64,000 nt of DNA from Octopus sinensis (Eukaryota), in assembly GCF_006345805.1 (NCBI RefSeq), contig NC_043002.1, forward strand, positions 31,248,001-31,312,000, in the 5' to 3' direction. Below the pieces are notes generated by a model. The model was not told the origin of the DNA and searched no databases. It saw only the letters and a list, made by a program, of their open reading frames with translations. Positions 12,996 to 27,195 of the stretch are shown piece after piece (positions within the stretch are counted from its first letter, which is position 1; each line of letters opens with the position of its first letter). A program made the position numbers and the translations under genes.

Positions 12996-13889
12996 TGTAC
13001 CTATATCTTAGATATACAAGTAGAAAAGAAAAGTCGACACTCGAAGGTTTCCGAGCCCTAGTCTGGCGATATGGAACTAAATATCTCATTATTGCATTTA
13101 TTCAGTCAAGTGTTTTTGGATTTCCATTTTGTCTAAACTCTTTGAAAAGTAACATTACGCAAAGACACCATGTGGAAAACAATAAGAAAATAACACACAG
13201 AAAAATTATATAAAGACAAATAATAATAAGAAGAATAATAGTAATAATAATACTTATAAAGAAATGTAACACCGAGTCTCCAACGGGTAAAATATCTAAA
13301 ATGTGGTGTGAAAATCTATAGAAAAGGAGCGGTTAAGAGTTCAAGCAAAGGCAAGTTATGAGTGAATATAAAACAATTTCCTTGACGTGCATGTTTGCAG
13401 AGAGCAAAAGTACTAAAGATTCATAAATAAATAACAAGAATATAATTCTCAAAATCTGAAGTCGTCACGACTGGGAAATTCTTTGAGGATTTTGGTGAAG
13501 AATCAAATTTTTTAAAACTTTTTAATATTATTTTTTATTTATTTATTTTCCGCCATAATATCAGTGTCATTTTTGTCGATCTTGTTAAAGTTTTCAACAA
13601 TTCTAAAATGCTGTTTTGGTTTTCGCTCAGGCATGATTTGTTTTTTGTTTTTTTTGTTTTTTTTTTTGTTTTTTATCAGTTTTAGTTTCAATTTAAAATT
13701 TATGATTTATTTTACAAAATTTTATTTGCGTTTGTCATTTTATTATCAGTTCTGATGTTCGAGAGATGAAAGAAATATAAAAATAATTGAATAAAAAGCG
13801 TAATGCAAAACTATTTATTACAAGTAACGTTCACAAAGCTAGCAAGAAGAATCATATTTGAAGATTTTTAATTAATCAACAGCGATGCT

Positions 13890-14115
<226 letters not shown>

Positions 14116-15386
14116 CGACGACGATTTCAGAAAGCATAATAAAATAGATCTTACGATTCTGCTTTTATGCATTTTATACGCAAACCCCCCCACACACACA
14201 CACACAAACACAGACACACATACAGAGTCAAGCACGCATCGACGCGCACAGACACACACATTGCACACACACATATTTATATATACATATACACTTATAT
14301 GTTTATATACATGTAAATACATTTATATACATGTATTTACATATATATAACATTGTGCTTACACCTATAAATTTTGTGTATGTATATTATATATATATAC
14401 ATTAATACATACATACATCCATGCATGCATACATACATGCATATATACATACATATATGTATGTATTATGTGTGTATTGATAAGTAGATGGATGGATATA
14501 TTGTTAGGTTAATTTTATTTGTTTTCCTTATATATCTGATATAAAGATTTTTACTCAATGTTTGACTTTTTTTCAACTTCTATCTTCATCGCTATATTTT
14601 GTTAAGGACACGCTCCGTCCGATGCAATTCCGATCTAAAGCACATACATCTCTGTATGTAGCCTTATAAACATGATTTTCTCTTTTACAAATGTTCTTGG
14701 TAACATACTGACACGCTCGCTTTCACTTTCTCTGTTCCTCACACACATACACATGATAGAAACATACTTATATATCACGGTAAATATATAGATACGTGCA
14801 CACACACTCATATATATATATATAATATATATAATATATATATATGTGTGTATATATATACATATATAATATATATATATATATTTATATGCATATATAT
14901 ATACATGTATAAATACGTATATTTATGTACATATATACAAATATATATACACACATTTCTACGCACCTCTTCTCGATATAGTCATGTGTTTGTGCGTGTG
15001 CTTGTGTGTGTGTTGTGATTTATGTGTTGATATACATGTGTATATAATCATATATGTATATATATAGGCATGCGTGCGTATATTTATATAGTACTATGTA
15101 TCCCTAACAACGACACAAAGCATATTCAAAATGTGTCTGCTTTTATGTGTGTCACAAGAATGTGTATGTGAGAATCTCTCTGATGATATGTATGTATATA
15201 CGAGTGCAATATTACGTAGCAATGTATTCCTATATGCACAGATATTTCTGCATGAACTGAACATCGTATATGTTCAAAATTTTCAAACGTTAACTTGCAT
15301 ATAATATTCATGAATATCTAACAAAATTGACAAATCATTAACTGGATATAAAATTTTGACAAACACACATATTTACATCCGCATAT

Positions 15387-15426
<40 letters not shown>

Positions 15427-15942
15427 ACAGATATAAATATGTTATATATGTATCTGTATATATATGTATATGTTTATATGTATATACATATGTGTATATA
15501 TGTATATTTTAATGTCCCCTTAAAATTGGTAAGATAAACTAAAATAATTATTATTTCATCTAGCCAGAGATAAATATGATATATATACACTAGATATAAT
15601 GTGGAGCTCCTACAAATTTCATGCTTACGACTGTACTAGAGACGGGTGAATTTTTATAGCGTGCCATTTTCTCCATGGCAATATTCTTATTAAAGTAGAC
15701 GTATATGCAACTATGTATTTAAAAGTCCCAACTATTCCTTACAACTCAGAGTGGGTTCAAAATAATATACACAAAATCATTCAATACCTACACAGAGTCG
15801 TTAATGTTCACACAGTGCTCATAATTTTGTATAATCCAATAAAAACAAACTTGATTTCTCTATGTTATATATATATATGTGTGTATAAATGTATATTATA
15901 ATCTCCCCTCCATTTGAAAAATAGTACGCTGTGATTCTATAG

Positions 15943-16040
15943 AGTTTGGGCAAAGGAAAGTCAAACAACTTGATGATGCATGCCTCATGATTGGCGAAGA
16001 ATCCGCTTGATGATCGTTCTTGGCATTGCTTTCTATGGCG
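15943..16040 (+). other. Candidate spliced exon, possibly encoding a signal-peptide-like start MPHDWRRIRLMIVLGIAFYG (ATG 15980)
   Basis: Acceptor gtgattctatAG, strong donor gcg|GTGAGT, hydrophobic stretch just before the donor. No downstream exon identified. Confidence 0.25.
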
Positions 16041-16408
16041 GTGAGTTACTAGAATACAAAAGATCGTAACAACTTTGGTATGCATAAAAATAATTTTAAA
16101 AATTAATTTCAAAATCAAATAATAAAAACAATAAGAAAATTATTATTTTATGCAGAATTATAACAGGAATATTAGGGTTTGATATTATCATTCTAAATAA
16201 AGGAACATAGAAATGTAACGCATCTATTTCTTCTCACTTCATTGAAACAGTGAAACATGAATACTCGATCACTTTTGCTTTTCGTCAAACGGGAATACCT
16301 CCTCGCCTTCAATAATGTGCATTCATATCATGTGATTTACCGGTTTTAGGGGGAGTTCGAGATACCGAAATGCTTCGGCCTTATTTTCGTCACCACAGAC
16401 AAACTTAC

Positions 16409-16605
16409 CTTGCCACATAGAAATATTACAAACGCCCAACATATTCTGTATATGAATAAAAAAATTACTTCCTGATACAAGCCAATGTTACCGAATCGGA
16501 GGTTACAACAACAGGACGTTTTAGAAGTGTAGTTTCGACCGCTTACGCTGTATCATATCTGGAATGCAATCAAGGGCAGGATGCCTGAATTGACCTTATA
16601 AATGC
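16409..16605 (-). other. Candidate spliced exon (mostly non-coding/5' UTR-like)
   Basis: Minus-strand acceptor ttttatttttaatttttttgcAG and donor caag|GTAAGT, both near consensus. All three frames contain stops; a late ATG (16442) gives MLGVCNISMWQ. Confidence 0.35.
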
Positions 16606-17765
16606 CTGCAAAAAAATTAAAAATAAAAAGAAATCAGAGAAAGAGATATGTGAGTGAATAATACAGTGAGATCTCCCTCATCAAATTATATACTTTACAA
16701 TTCAAAGCTAACCCTTTTGTAGAAACGGCGGGTATTGCCATCTGGATGTCTTTGGCGCTTCATTTAAGATTTTCTGTCAGGGTTAACTCCGTTAGCACAT
16801 CTATTTACAACATTTCTTAACCCCACAACACTCCTGAAACTGTATATATAAACAAAATAAACCCAGTTAACAAGGATGATATTTATCGCTATTGAAGATG
16901 GATGTGACTTTAGAATGGCTAAAATACCACATTGTTATGCACTGAGAACGTATAAGCTATTTTACGCCCCTGTCTTTTCCCTTACATCTACACATTCCCT
17001 CACGTTCACACGCATGCATGCACACATGGACACATACAGAAACACACAAGTTCAGACACACACGCGCGCATGCATATGTATATATATATACACTCACGTA
17101 GATACACGTACATTCAGTCTTCCTCTCCTATTCAGACACGCACAATATACTCATACTACAAAATTCAAAACAGACACTAAAACAACGGAAGCTGATAATC
17201 ACAATTTCACTCTCCCTCCCCCTCTCTCTATTTCTCTTCTTATTTTTTGTTTCTGTGTTTCTTCCTGTCTCTCCCACTTTCTTCCCGGCTGTTATCCGCT
17301 ACTCTCTATTCTTTCACCCCTTTCTCTCTCTCATTCTATCTCATTGTTTATAAATTTCTTCATTATTCGCTTTCACTAAAATATTATATCCCAGGTCATC
17401 TGCTAATGGAACCGAGTGTTGTTTGTCTTTTTCAGAATATACAAAAAAAGAAAAAAGAGGGTTCTGGCAAATGCAAAAATGACGGTGATGGTGTCGTGGT
17501 GTCGTATCCTGGATAGGAACCGGAGGTATACAGTAAAATATACAACTAAAAAAGGCAGCGAAAAAAAGAGAGGTAGATGGGAACCATGGATCCAAAATGG
17601 ACATTAAATATCCTCAAATAAGTTCTCATATTTTGTTTCTTGTCAATCATTATACAGACGGCACCCACCCGCCTTTCCCTAATTATCCCCTTGTTAGTCC
17701 CAGTTGCGACTGAACCAAAACCAATCTTTCTTCACGTATTTTCAAATACACACTTAAGTTGTAGC

Positions 17766-17848
<83 letters not shown>

Positions 17849-17917
17849 AGGGAGAGAGACGGAAACGGAGACAGAGAGACACAGACAGAAGAGAGAGTAT
17901 ATGTATGTGTATGTATG

Positions 17918-18022
<105 letters not shown>

Positions 18023-18375
18023 TCACACACACAATATACACATGCGCACACACTCACACACAAATACACACCACATACACACATATATAATTACTCCCGC
18101 GTCATTTTTAACAAAGAAAACAGCTGTTTGTTTACAGTTCTGAAACAGGATTTATCATCATCATCGTCACCACCATCACTATTATTATCACTATCATCAT
18201 CAGCAATAACAACAACACTAATATCATCAGCATCTTTGGAAATATCTGTCAGTGCCCTCTATATATTTGTTTATTTTTTAAAGCTCGTTAGCAACTGTCG
18301 CTGGATTTTATAGAGTTTACTGTCTGTGAGGGACAGAGGTAGCAAAGAGAGAAAGCGAGAGAAAGAAAGAGCGGA

Positions 18376-18428
<53 letters not shown>

Positions 18429-18551
18429 CTCGCGCGGACACACAGACACACACACATACTCATACATAATATGGCAACTGTTTGTTCGTGCTCCTGTTCG
18501 ATCAGAACTAACCTGAAAATAATAATCAATAACAAATAAAACCTGATAATA

Positions 18552-18775
18552 TTGTATTGAGTCGAAAATTGACCAAAAGTTTGGTAACTTATTGGCTTTA
18601 TTTGTCAAGTTACAACGGAAGCTAACCAAGCATTCGACGTAGAGGCCATCGTGTTACACCTCCTTTTTGCGAGTTTTTGATCCAACCCTGATACAATTTC
18701 TTGTCTTTCAAGGAACAGAATTCCTTCACTGAAGCTTCCAAGTCGTCTTGGTTCATGAAGCGTCGCGAGCACTGA
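18552..18775 (-). mobile_element. Mariner transposase C-terminal fragment and one terminus
   Basis: RRFMNQDDLEASVKEFCSLKDKKLYQGWIK...HDGLYVE resembles mariner C-termini. Terminal sequence next to TA at 18550-18551. Confidence 0.65.
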
Positions 18776-19233
18776 AAGTGAGTCACGAATCGGAACTAAT
18801 AATAATCCAAAGATCCTGCAGTGGATCTACAAAGCATTCCATGCTGAACATAACTCAGCCTTCCACCATAAACAGTCAAATAATAGGGGAAGAGAAACGC
18901 AAATGGGCTAATCTAATTACAGGTGTGTCAAGAGTTAGACCTAGGGATAAAACATATTTGGTTCAGGCAAAGGGAGGAATATGTTTACGGGTCACTGGGT
19001 CATGCCCGTAGAAAAGACCGATCAGATGTAAAGCCTGCCAGGTGCAGGCGGAACGTTGGGTGTTGGAAAATCAGCTCTTCCGTGCTTGCCTGCCGATCAT
19101 TGTTCGCAAATGCTGTGGTGGGATTGATGATCTTAAAATAATGGTTTGTGTGTGTGCGCGCGCGTGTGTGTGTGCGCGCGTGTGTGTGTGCGCGCGTGCG
19201 TGTGTGTGTATTTAGATATATGAATATAATAAC

Positions 19234-19268
<35 letters not shown>

Positions 19269-19559
19269 TATTAATAAATAAAACATATGCATATATATAT
19301 ACATATATGTACGTACCTACCTCTACATGTATATATACACGCATATATGAGTACAGGATACCAAAAAAAACGTCAAACACAATGAGAAACGAAAACATAG
19401 ACACAAACCCAAGGAACTGGACATTTTTCTTAAACAACAAAAAAATAGTGTACAGGACAAATAACACAAGGAAAAAACCCCTTCTTCAGTCGCCATGGTT
19501 TCATCTACTTTACGTTATTAGCAGATAAATTCTTGCGTTGGATTTAAATGACGTAGTTT

Positions 19560-19760
19560 TTTTTATTGTTTTACTTCTTTCAGTCATGTGAGAGCGGCCA
19601 TGCTGGAGCACAGCTGTTGTCCAAACAAATCGACCACAAGATTTATTCTTTGTAAGACTAGTACTTATTCTATTAGTGTCTTTTACCGAAGTTATGGGAA
19701 TGTAAACACAGAAATATCGGTTGTCATGCAATGGTGAGGGTACAAACACAGGAACACACA
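19560..19760 (-). mobile_element. SINE family A tail
   Basis: ttcagtcatgtgagagcggccatgctggagcac...tagtacttattctat. Confidence 0.75.
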
Positions 19761-19789
19761 CATAAACACACACACACACAATATATATA

Positions 19790-19817
<28 letters not shown>

Positions 19818-19820
<3 letters not shown>

Positions 19821-20203
19821 CTAGCAGTGTCGCCCGGCGTTGCTCGGGTTTGTAAGGAAATAACTATATAAGCATTTTTAGAGATGTAAAATATAATAGC
19901 CATCTCAATATGGCTAACCACAAAGGGGGTGTTACTGTAGCTTTTTACGTTCTGAGATTTAATAATACATTTTTAGAGAGTTACTTCTCTTATATAATAG
20001 CAAAAAAATGGCATTAAAAAATGGGAAATTTTTTTTTAAATCATAGATTCATCGTAGACGCGCACTAATACCCAGAAGGGCTCGATATGAATCACGACTA
20101 TAAGATACCCGCTTTTGGTTACACTGCACCGCAACATATGGGAGTAGTTAGGAATCTAAATCGTAGGAGACAGACACACAACTTTGGTTTTATATATAAA
20201 GAT
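19818..20203 (+). mobile_element. Helentron/HINE-like non-autonomous element
   Basis: Begins atactagcagtgtcgcccggcgttgctcggg (ACTAG plus a GC-rich short palindrome) and ends acagacacacaactttggttttatatataaagat. Inserted in (TA)n. Layout typical of DINE-1/HINE-type elements. Confidence 0.6.
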
Positions 20204-20211
20204 ATATACAT

Positions 20212-20420
20212 ATATACGACAATCTTTCATTTTCCGTGTACGAAATCCACTCGCAAGTCTTTGGTCGACCTGAGGCTCTTTCAATCTTTCACTTGTTTCC
20301 TTTATTTGACTGTGGCCATGCTGGTGCACTGCCTTTAGTCAAGCAAATCGACCCCAGGACTTATACTTTGTAAGCCCAGTACTTATTCTATCGGTCCCTT
20401 TTGCCGAACCGCTATGTTAC
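20212..20420 (-). mobile_element. SINE family A rearranged/deleted fragments
   Basis: Head piece (aaatccactcgcaagtctttggtcgacc) abutting a tail piece (ggccatgctggtgcactgcc...gccgaaccgcta). Confidence 0.7.
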
Positions 20421-20499
20421 GGGAACGTAACATATTATCTTACATTACAAAAGAGATGTTATTTTTCACTTTTGACACAAAATACTGAAATAGTGTAAG

Positions 20500-20692
20500 C
20501 GATCAGAGATTTCTTCGGGCTCGCATTAGGCAAGAAGTTGAAATTTGTTTGTCCTATGAACTGCATGGACCCTAAGTAAGGCATGTGTAAATTTGAAGCA
20601 AATCAGTTGGGTAGTTCTTGAGTTTTAGTGATGCACACATACATACAGACACACACACACACACACACTTCCTCAGCTTTATTTATGTAGAT
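20500..20692 (+). mobile_element. 3' end of a HINE-like element (second family)
   Basis: aaatttgaagcaaatcagttgggtagttcttgagtttt...acatacagac(ac)n...ctttatttatgtagat is a typical HINE-like 3' layout. Confidence 0.4.
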
Positions 20693-21572
20693 ATATCATA
20701 TTATATTATATATTGCATGTTACATATGAATCCATACACCAAAATTCCGGTAATGGAATTCAAAATTTGAAAATTCTATGTAGAGGGTAATATCTTTTGA
20801 TAAGTGTGCAATAAATTCTATTTTGTGATCGGAACAGTGAAAATATGTAAGAATTTTTGAATTCTTAAAGTTTTGAATGCAGCTCAACAACATTGTCAAA
20901 CGAAATGTCATTGACAGAGCACTGTCTTTCACAAAACAACATTCTTTTATTGCGTAAATTCAGATAGTTTCAAGTGAAACGCTTTCTACAGAAATGAAGC
21001 TGTACTACTTTCTAATTGCATTTTTGTGTGTGCATGTATGGAAAAGTAACAGTTTAAAATAATAGTATATGCCACCTGGAATATATGTCTAGTAACTATA
21101 AACAGTATACATAAACATTGATATTTGATATATTTATCATTTCTAGACAAGGAAACTTCATATTGCAAAAACAGAAAATACATAAAAGTTGTGTATTGGT
21201 TAAGTATATGTAGACATATAGTATGGCTAACTGTATGTATATACATTCTACTTTCACCAGAAGATGTAAAGACATGGTTAGTATAAGCGTGTAGACTGAA
21301 TAATATACACACCGATGTTGAGTCTTACTGGTAAGTTATCGGAACGTTCTGAAATCAACTAAGACTCGGATGAAACCCCAATATTTACTATGTGTAAAAT
21401 TTATACGCATTAGGAATCATTTAAATTGAATACTACAGATGTATAAAGTATTATTAGTACATCGATTGACATACGTGTCTAAGTGTATAAAAAATATAAA
21501 TGTCTAGTTATGTACGTACGTACGTAAGTTCATATGTATGAAGTTCTATCTATTTGTATATATATAAGTACT

Positions 21573-21604
<32 letters not shown>

Positions 21605-21631
21605 TATATACATATATAAACACACACACAC

Positions 21632-21675
<44 letters not shown>

Positions 21676-21685
21676 CACATATATA

Positions 21686-21938
21686 GTGCAGGCGCGTGGC
21701 TTAGTTGTTAGGGTGTCAGAACCATGATCGTAAGATCGTGGTTTCGATTCCTGGACCGGGCGACGCGTTTTGTTTTTGAGCAAAGCACCTCATTTCACGT
21801 TGCCCCAATTCACTCAGCTGGCAAAAATGAGTAACGCTGCGATGGACTGGCGTCCCGTCCATCTTGGGAACACATACGCCATAGAAACCGGGAAACGGGG
21901 CCCATGAGCCTGGCTAGGCTTTAAAAGGACGCATTTAT
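21686..21938 (+). mobile_element. tRNA-derived SINE family C with CORE-like and V-like segments
   Basis: A-box tggcttagttgttagg, B-box gtttcgattcc, then ttgagcaaagcacctcatttcacgttgc...aaaatgagta (CORE-like) and gcgatggactggcgtcccgtcc (V-SINE-like). Domain names are from memory. Confidence 0.75.
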
Positions 21939-23166
21939 TATCTATCTATATATATGTATATATATAAATGTGTGTGTGTGTGTGTGTGTGCGTACGTGTG
22001 TGTGTGTTTGTGTTTGCATACTAATCATACTTATGAAGAAATGTATAAGTGTATTGAGTTTAATAAAGCCATAAAATAGGAATGTGTGGAGGAATGGATT
22101 TAACTTCGTATAATAAATTTTATATATGTATGTATGTATCTATCTAGAAGTATGTGTGTGTGTATATTATATGTATAAGTGTGTGTGTGTGTGTGTGTGT
22201 GTGCGTGTGTGTGTGTATGTATGTTTGTATATATGTATGTATACACATGTACACACACAGAAACACACACCCATTCTTGTACTTACTGTAATGCTTGTGC
22301 TAATGTATGTATGTGTGCGTGTATTAAATTATGTTTTTGTAGAGGCCTTTTTGAAATTTGACCAAACTCCATTTGGTTCCATATTAAATGGAAATAACCA
22401 AAATGTAATGAAAGCGTCCAGACCCCGTGTTATTCTAATTTTATTTTCTTTAATTTTTATCTTATCGTGTGACCACCCCGTTTGTCTGAAGTGGTCAACA
22501 ATAAACATTTACTTTAATACACTGAACATCTGCCGCCACCCCGAACTGCCAAAACGTTTTGGCCTGTGCAATGTGACGAATGCCATATGGTCACAGCTTT
22601 TAAACAACATCCCTAAGCACAATTGATAACACTATACGAGAGACTAGACGCAGAATTTGTGGGAGCCTAAAGAGAAAAGATACTGTTATATTATACTCCA
22701 ATTTGTTGATGATAGGAAAAGATAGCAGCTGGAAGTAGGGGAAGAAATATTAATAGTATTACAGTAGAACAAGTGAGGTGGCCCTCCTCATCACTTTTAC
22801 TGTTATTTTATAATGTTTTGTGTTATTTTATTTTTGTCGGCTAGCATTACCAAAAAGGAAAATCCAAGAAGAACCATAATAAAAAATAACAGATCCCCCA
22901 AACTTTGTACTTCATATGACCTACATGAAGCTACAAAGACTTTTAAGCATCATCTTTCATCTTTGAGATTCTCATAGTGTCAGAGGCTAACGATACACAC
23001 CGGGCTCAATTATTTTCAGTTTAAGTTTTTCGTTTTTTTAAACAATCTATATATCAGATAAAGTTTGTATTTGAAGAATTACCATTTAATGGGTGGCAGC
23101 ATTTGGAAGGGAAATGTAAAACCAGTGTCTACATCGTATTGATTTCCTTTCACCCGGCAAAAGGCC

Positions 23167-23669
23167 AATTTCGGAAAGGCTTCCTCCCGACCCAACGATT
23201 TTCTCCCCCATTTCAAACAAAATTGTTTGCCAAAAACCCCGTTTTCGGATACGGAGATTCCGGAAAATTGCCAAAAATCGGCATTTTGAAATTTCGCCCC
23301 AATTTCTTCATATTCCACTTTTTTCCGCAACCTTAAGCCTAATCCTAAAACCCTAACCGTAACCCTAAAGCCTTAACCCTAACCCTAAATCCCTAACCCT
23401 AAAACCGCAACCCTAACCTTAAACCTAAAACCCTAATCCTAACCCTCACTGTAACTTCAAAAAGTTTTAATCTTCGTATTTTTCCGCATATTTAAAAAAA
23501 AAAAACACAAATTCTAAAAAATGTTAAAAATGAAGAAATTAGGTGGGTGGTAATTTTAAAATGCAGATTTTTGCCGATTCGTATTTTCTGTAGCCGAAAA
23601 CTGGGGTTTGTGTGGAAAAAAAATAAAGAATGGGTGTTGGTGGGTACAAAAGGATGTCTTGCCGCAATT
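23167..23669. mobile_element. Foldback/MITE-like element with long degenerate TIRs and a telomere-like core
   Basis: Left arm ~23167-23299 matches the inverted right arm ~23538-23669 (e.g. ccccgttttcggatacgga...aaaaatcggcattttgaaatt vs aattttaaaatgcagattttt...tgtagccgaaaactgggg). Confidence 0.65.
23329..23446 (+). repeat. Degenerate interstitial (CCCTAA)n telomere-like array
   Basis: Run of ccctaa/cctaa/ccctaaa variants, e.g. aaccctaaccgtaaccctaaagccttaaccctaaccctaaatccctaaccctaa. Confidence 0.85.
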
Positions 23670-24547
23670 TCATTTAGGGTCGCAGTAAAAGACATCTAAC
23701 AAGGAGATGAGCTCACCGTTGGTAAAAACCCGGACACAAGTGACTGCCTGAATGGATGAAATTTATTTTGTATCTTATTGATCGTCATCAGTAGCATGGA
23801 CTGACTTGAAGTTGTTCTTAAAATTTCTGGTGTATATCAAACATGAATCGATATATGGAGTGAAATATAGATTGAGAAAAAAATACTAAGCGGAATTTTT
23901 CCCTCACTTTACCTTTTGAATTCATATTCTGTTGAGGTCAACTTTACCTTTCATTGTTTAAAATAAAGTACCAGTCAAACAATACCGGGGCCAATATAAC
24001 GAACTTGCTCCCTCTCCTTATCGTATCAAATTTAGAAAGCAAATTCTTTTAAATTTCCAGGATGGATTTATCAGTCTAGTATTCCTGGGTACTTAAAGTT
24101 TTCGGAAAACTGTAAAATGTCCTTCCGACAGTTTTCTCCATCCACTATTCCTCCACAATGGCTGTATAAATTATAATCAATGTAGTTTGTGAGGTCAAAC
24201 TTGAAAGGTTTAAACTTAAACTACATTGTCGTGATGAAATTTGTTTCATTCATGTTTTGAAGCTTCTAAAAAAATCATTTCATGTAATATTTATGCTTTT
24301 CTCGATGGTATTTAACGAAATGAGATGAATTGGCCTTACTCGGAAATTGAAATCATATCGTGCTTTCAAATGTATACCGCCAATTTTTTGTTCGTATCGC
24401 AATATCTTAACATATATTAATTATTTTATTTGATTGTCTGCGACTATATTGTTGACAAGAGCTGTTGTAATCTTCATTCCTTTCCCAAGCATAGTAGAAA
24501 CGTCAATGAAGTGAGTTTATTTCAGACAGAATAAAGGCGTATTCGTT

Positions 24548-24960
24548 AAGGTAGCGAGCTGACAGAAATGTTAGCACGCCGGGCGAAATTCCTAGAGGTA
24601 TTTCGTCTGCCGCTACGTTCTGATTTCAAATTCCGCCGAAGTCGACTTTGCCTTTCATCCTTTCGGGGTCGATTAAATAAGTACCACTTACGCACTGGGG
24701 TCGATATAATCGACTTAATCCGACTGTCCTTGTTTGTCCCCTCTGTGTGTAGCCACTTGTGGGTTGTAAAGAAATAAGAAACGTTAGCACGCCGGGCAAA
24801 ATGCATAGAGCTATTTAGTCTGTCTTTATGTTCTGAGTTCAAATTCCACCGATGTCGACTTCGCCTTTTATCCTTTCGGGGTTGATAAATTAAGTTCAGT
24901 TGCTTACTGGGGTCGATCTGATCGACTGGCTCCCTCTCCAAGAGTTCGGGACTTGTCTCT
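24548..24960 (+). mobile_element. SINE family B dimer
   Basis: Full copy to ~24778 followed directly by a second, head-truncated copy. Central motif gactttgcctttcatcctttcggggtcgattaaataagtacca recalls the Meta-type SINE central domain (from memory). Confidence 0.85.
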
Positions 24961-26521
24961 CGGTGATTACAGAGAGGAAAGGCAAACGGACTGACTAATA
25001 TAGAATTAGATTTACCTGTTAATTAATTATCTTTCATTATTATCCTACAGAAATTGTTGAAACTGGATTAATATATTTCCCATAAAAAGTAAATCTATTT
25101 CACATAGTTTTCTCGTTCTTATTTAAATACTGAAGCAGCATAATAGTGTATGCGGATGCCTATCTTTTGCCACTCATAGGGAAATTTCTGTTTAGAAAAT
25201 ATGGATAGCAGTTTTTTCGATTTCAAATTTTATTTTTCTAGATCCATTTACTTTGCGTGTAAATATTCCAGTTTGGTTTCGAAAGACAAAATTTTGTTTC
25301 TTAATTGATTATCTAACATTTTTATCCTGTAAACTTTCATGTTCTTTCGATTTTGCTTGCGTGACTCAGAATCTATGAAGTTTGTCCTGAAGTCAAACAT
25401 CCATTACTTTTTTTAGGTGATGCTTCGTTATTCACTTAGGCTGATTTTTCTTTATCATACACACAGACACACATGAATGCAAGCATATATAGACAGATAC
25501 ATGCTAACGCACACTTAACTGGCTCATTTGGTATTGGTATACAAGAGAAAACCATGATGAAAGAATTTTGTTTGGCTAATTCAATAGCCTCTTATTGTGG
25601 AGTTTCTGTAATAATAATTGACAGAACAAAACTACTCTATACGAAAGCTGATGGATGAAGGCATACCATATACTGTAACTGGACATTGAGAATGCAGAGA
25701 TTCGTATTTAACAAAACAGCCATTGCATACACCTAGGCAGACATTGGCCCTTAGCTGCGTATCAACAAAACAAAGTAGAATAAAATGGCGCCTGACGTAT
25801 ATACAACATATACATGCAGGTCATTCATAATTTTCGGCAGAAAAAAAAAATCACAAGCTGAAAGATACTTTAGAAAGGTGATAATGTGTAGATAAATTAT
25901 GTAAGAGTCTGTGCCGTGACATACAACTTAATAAAACGAAATCACCTATAGTAATAATTTATTGTAAACCTCAAAATCGGAAATGACAAATCCCATTGTT
26001 TAGAGCCCGTCATACAGAAAAATGTAAATCCATTTTCGTACATACTGTGCATTCGTGGAATTTAGTTCGTGGATTATTACAAAAACTAAGTTCATTGCAT
26101 AGTCACTTTAGTAAGATGTGGTCATGAACTGGGACGATTTCCTCCGAACGGGTTGTATAACAACTGAAACTTTTTGAACTTCATGATCTTCATTGACGTT
26201 TCATTTAATCTTCCTACTGGCTTAAGGATAAATATCTACGAGTGGATGTGTACATATCTGTGTTCATGCTTAGTGAGGAACGATCAAACTTTTACAGTCT
26301 CAAATTCTCACCACATGACAGCTCAAACTGTCAGAACATTCAGTCCGTGTGTAGTCACGTCGAGTTATTTTTATGCTATCGACATTTTAAATTTCCTATG
26401 AAATACATTGGTATAATTCCAGAGTAACATATTGCTTGTATATACGCATATCAGCATAGATAGATACATGCATACATATACCCACACGCATTCACATACA
26501 TATGTTATATATGTGTGTGTG

Positions 26522-26574
<53 letters not shown>

Positions 26575-26898
26575 ATAAAAATATAAAGATGTATGTATAT
26601 ATCTATATACATATGCATACACACACACACACAGAGACACACAGACATATATCAATTAATGAATGACATAAAGACGGGAGTTATGTAATGACTTCCGTTT
26701 CATTTTGTGACTGATAACAGGTTTCCTGTTCTTTAGTCATTGATTGATCCTATGCTCTCTACTTTCCTGACTCTGTACTCTATAGCAGAAGTGAATTCAA
26801 TTCTAACAACTGATTATTAGTTTTGCTATACTTAGGCGTTATGATAATTTTCTCTCTCTTACACACTCAGTATATACCTATCTCTCACAGTGTATAGT

Positions 26899-26990
<92 letters not shown>
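26899..26990 (+). repeat. (TATC)n array
   Basis: Directly visible. Confidence 0.95.
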
Positions 26991-27014
26991 AAAACATGCG
27001 TGTGTTTGTTTAGC

Positions 27015-27125
27015 TGAGTCTGTTCCCCGTCATCGCTTGACAGCCGATGTTGGTATGTTTACATCCCCGTAAATTCGGCTACAGAAACCGATAGAATAAG
27101 TACAAAGCTTACAAAGAATAAAAGA
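27015..27125 (+). mobile_element. SINE family A tail fragment
   Basis: catcgcttgacagccgatgttgg...gatagaataagtac. Confidence 0.7.
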
Positions 27126-27128
27126 GTA

Positions 27129-27195
<67 letters not shown>

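Noticed and set aside
18505-18530. AG|GT recursive-splice-like site on the minus strand (ttattattttcAG|GTtagt); similar on + at 49168
   Set aside because: Such motifs arise readily in AT-rich DNA, and no host gene or transcript data is available to support use.
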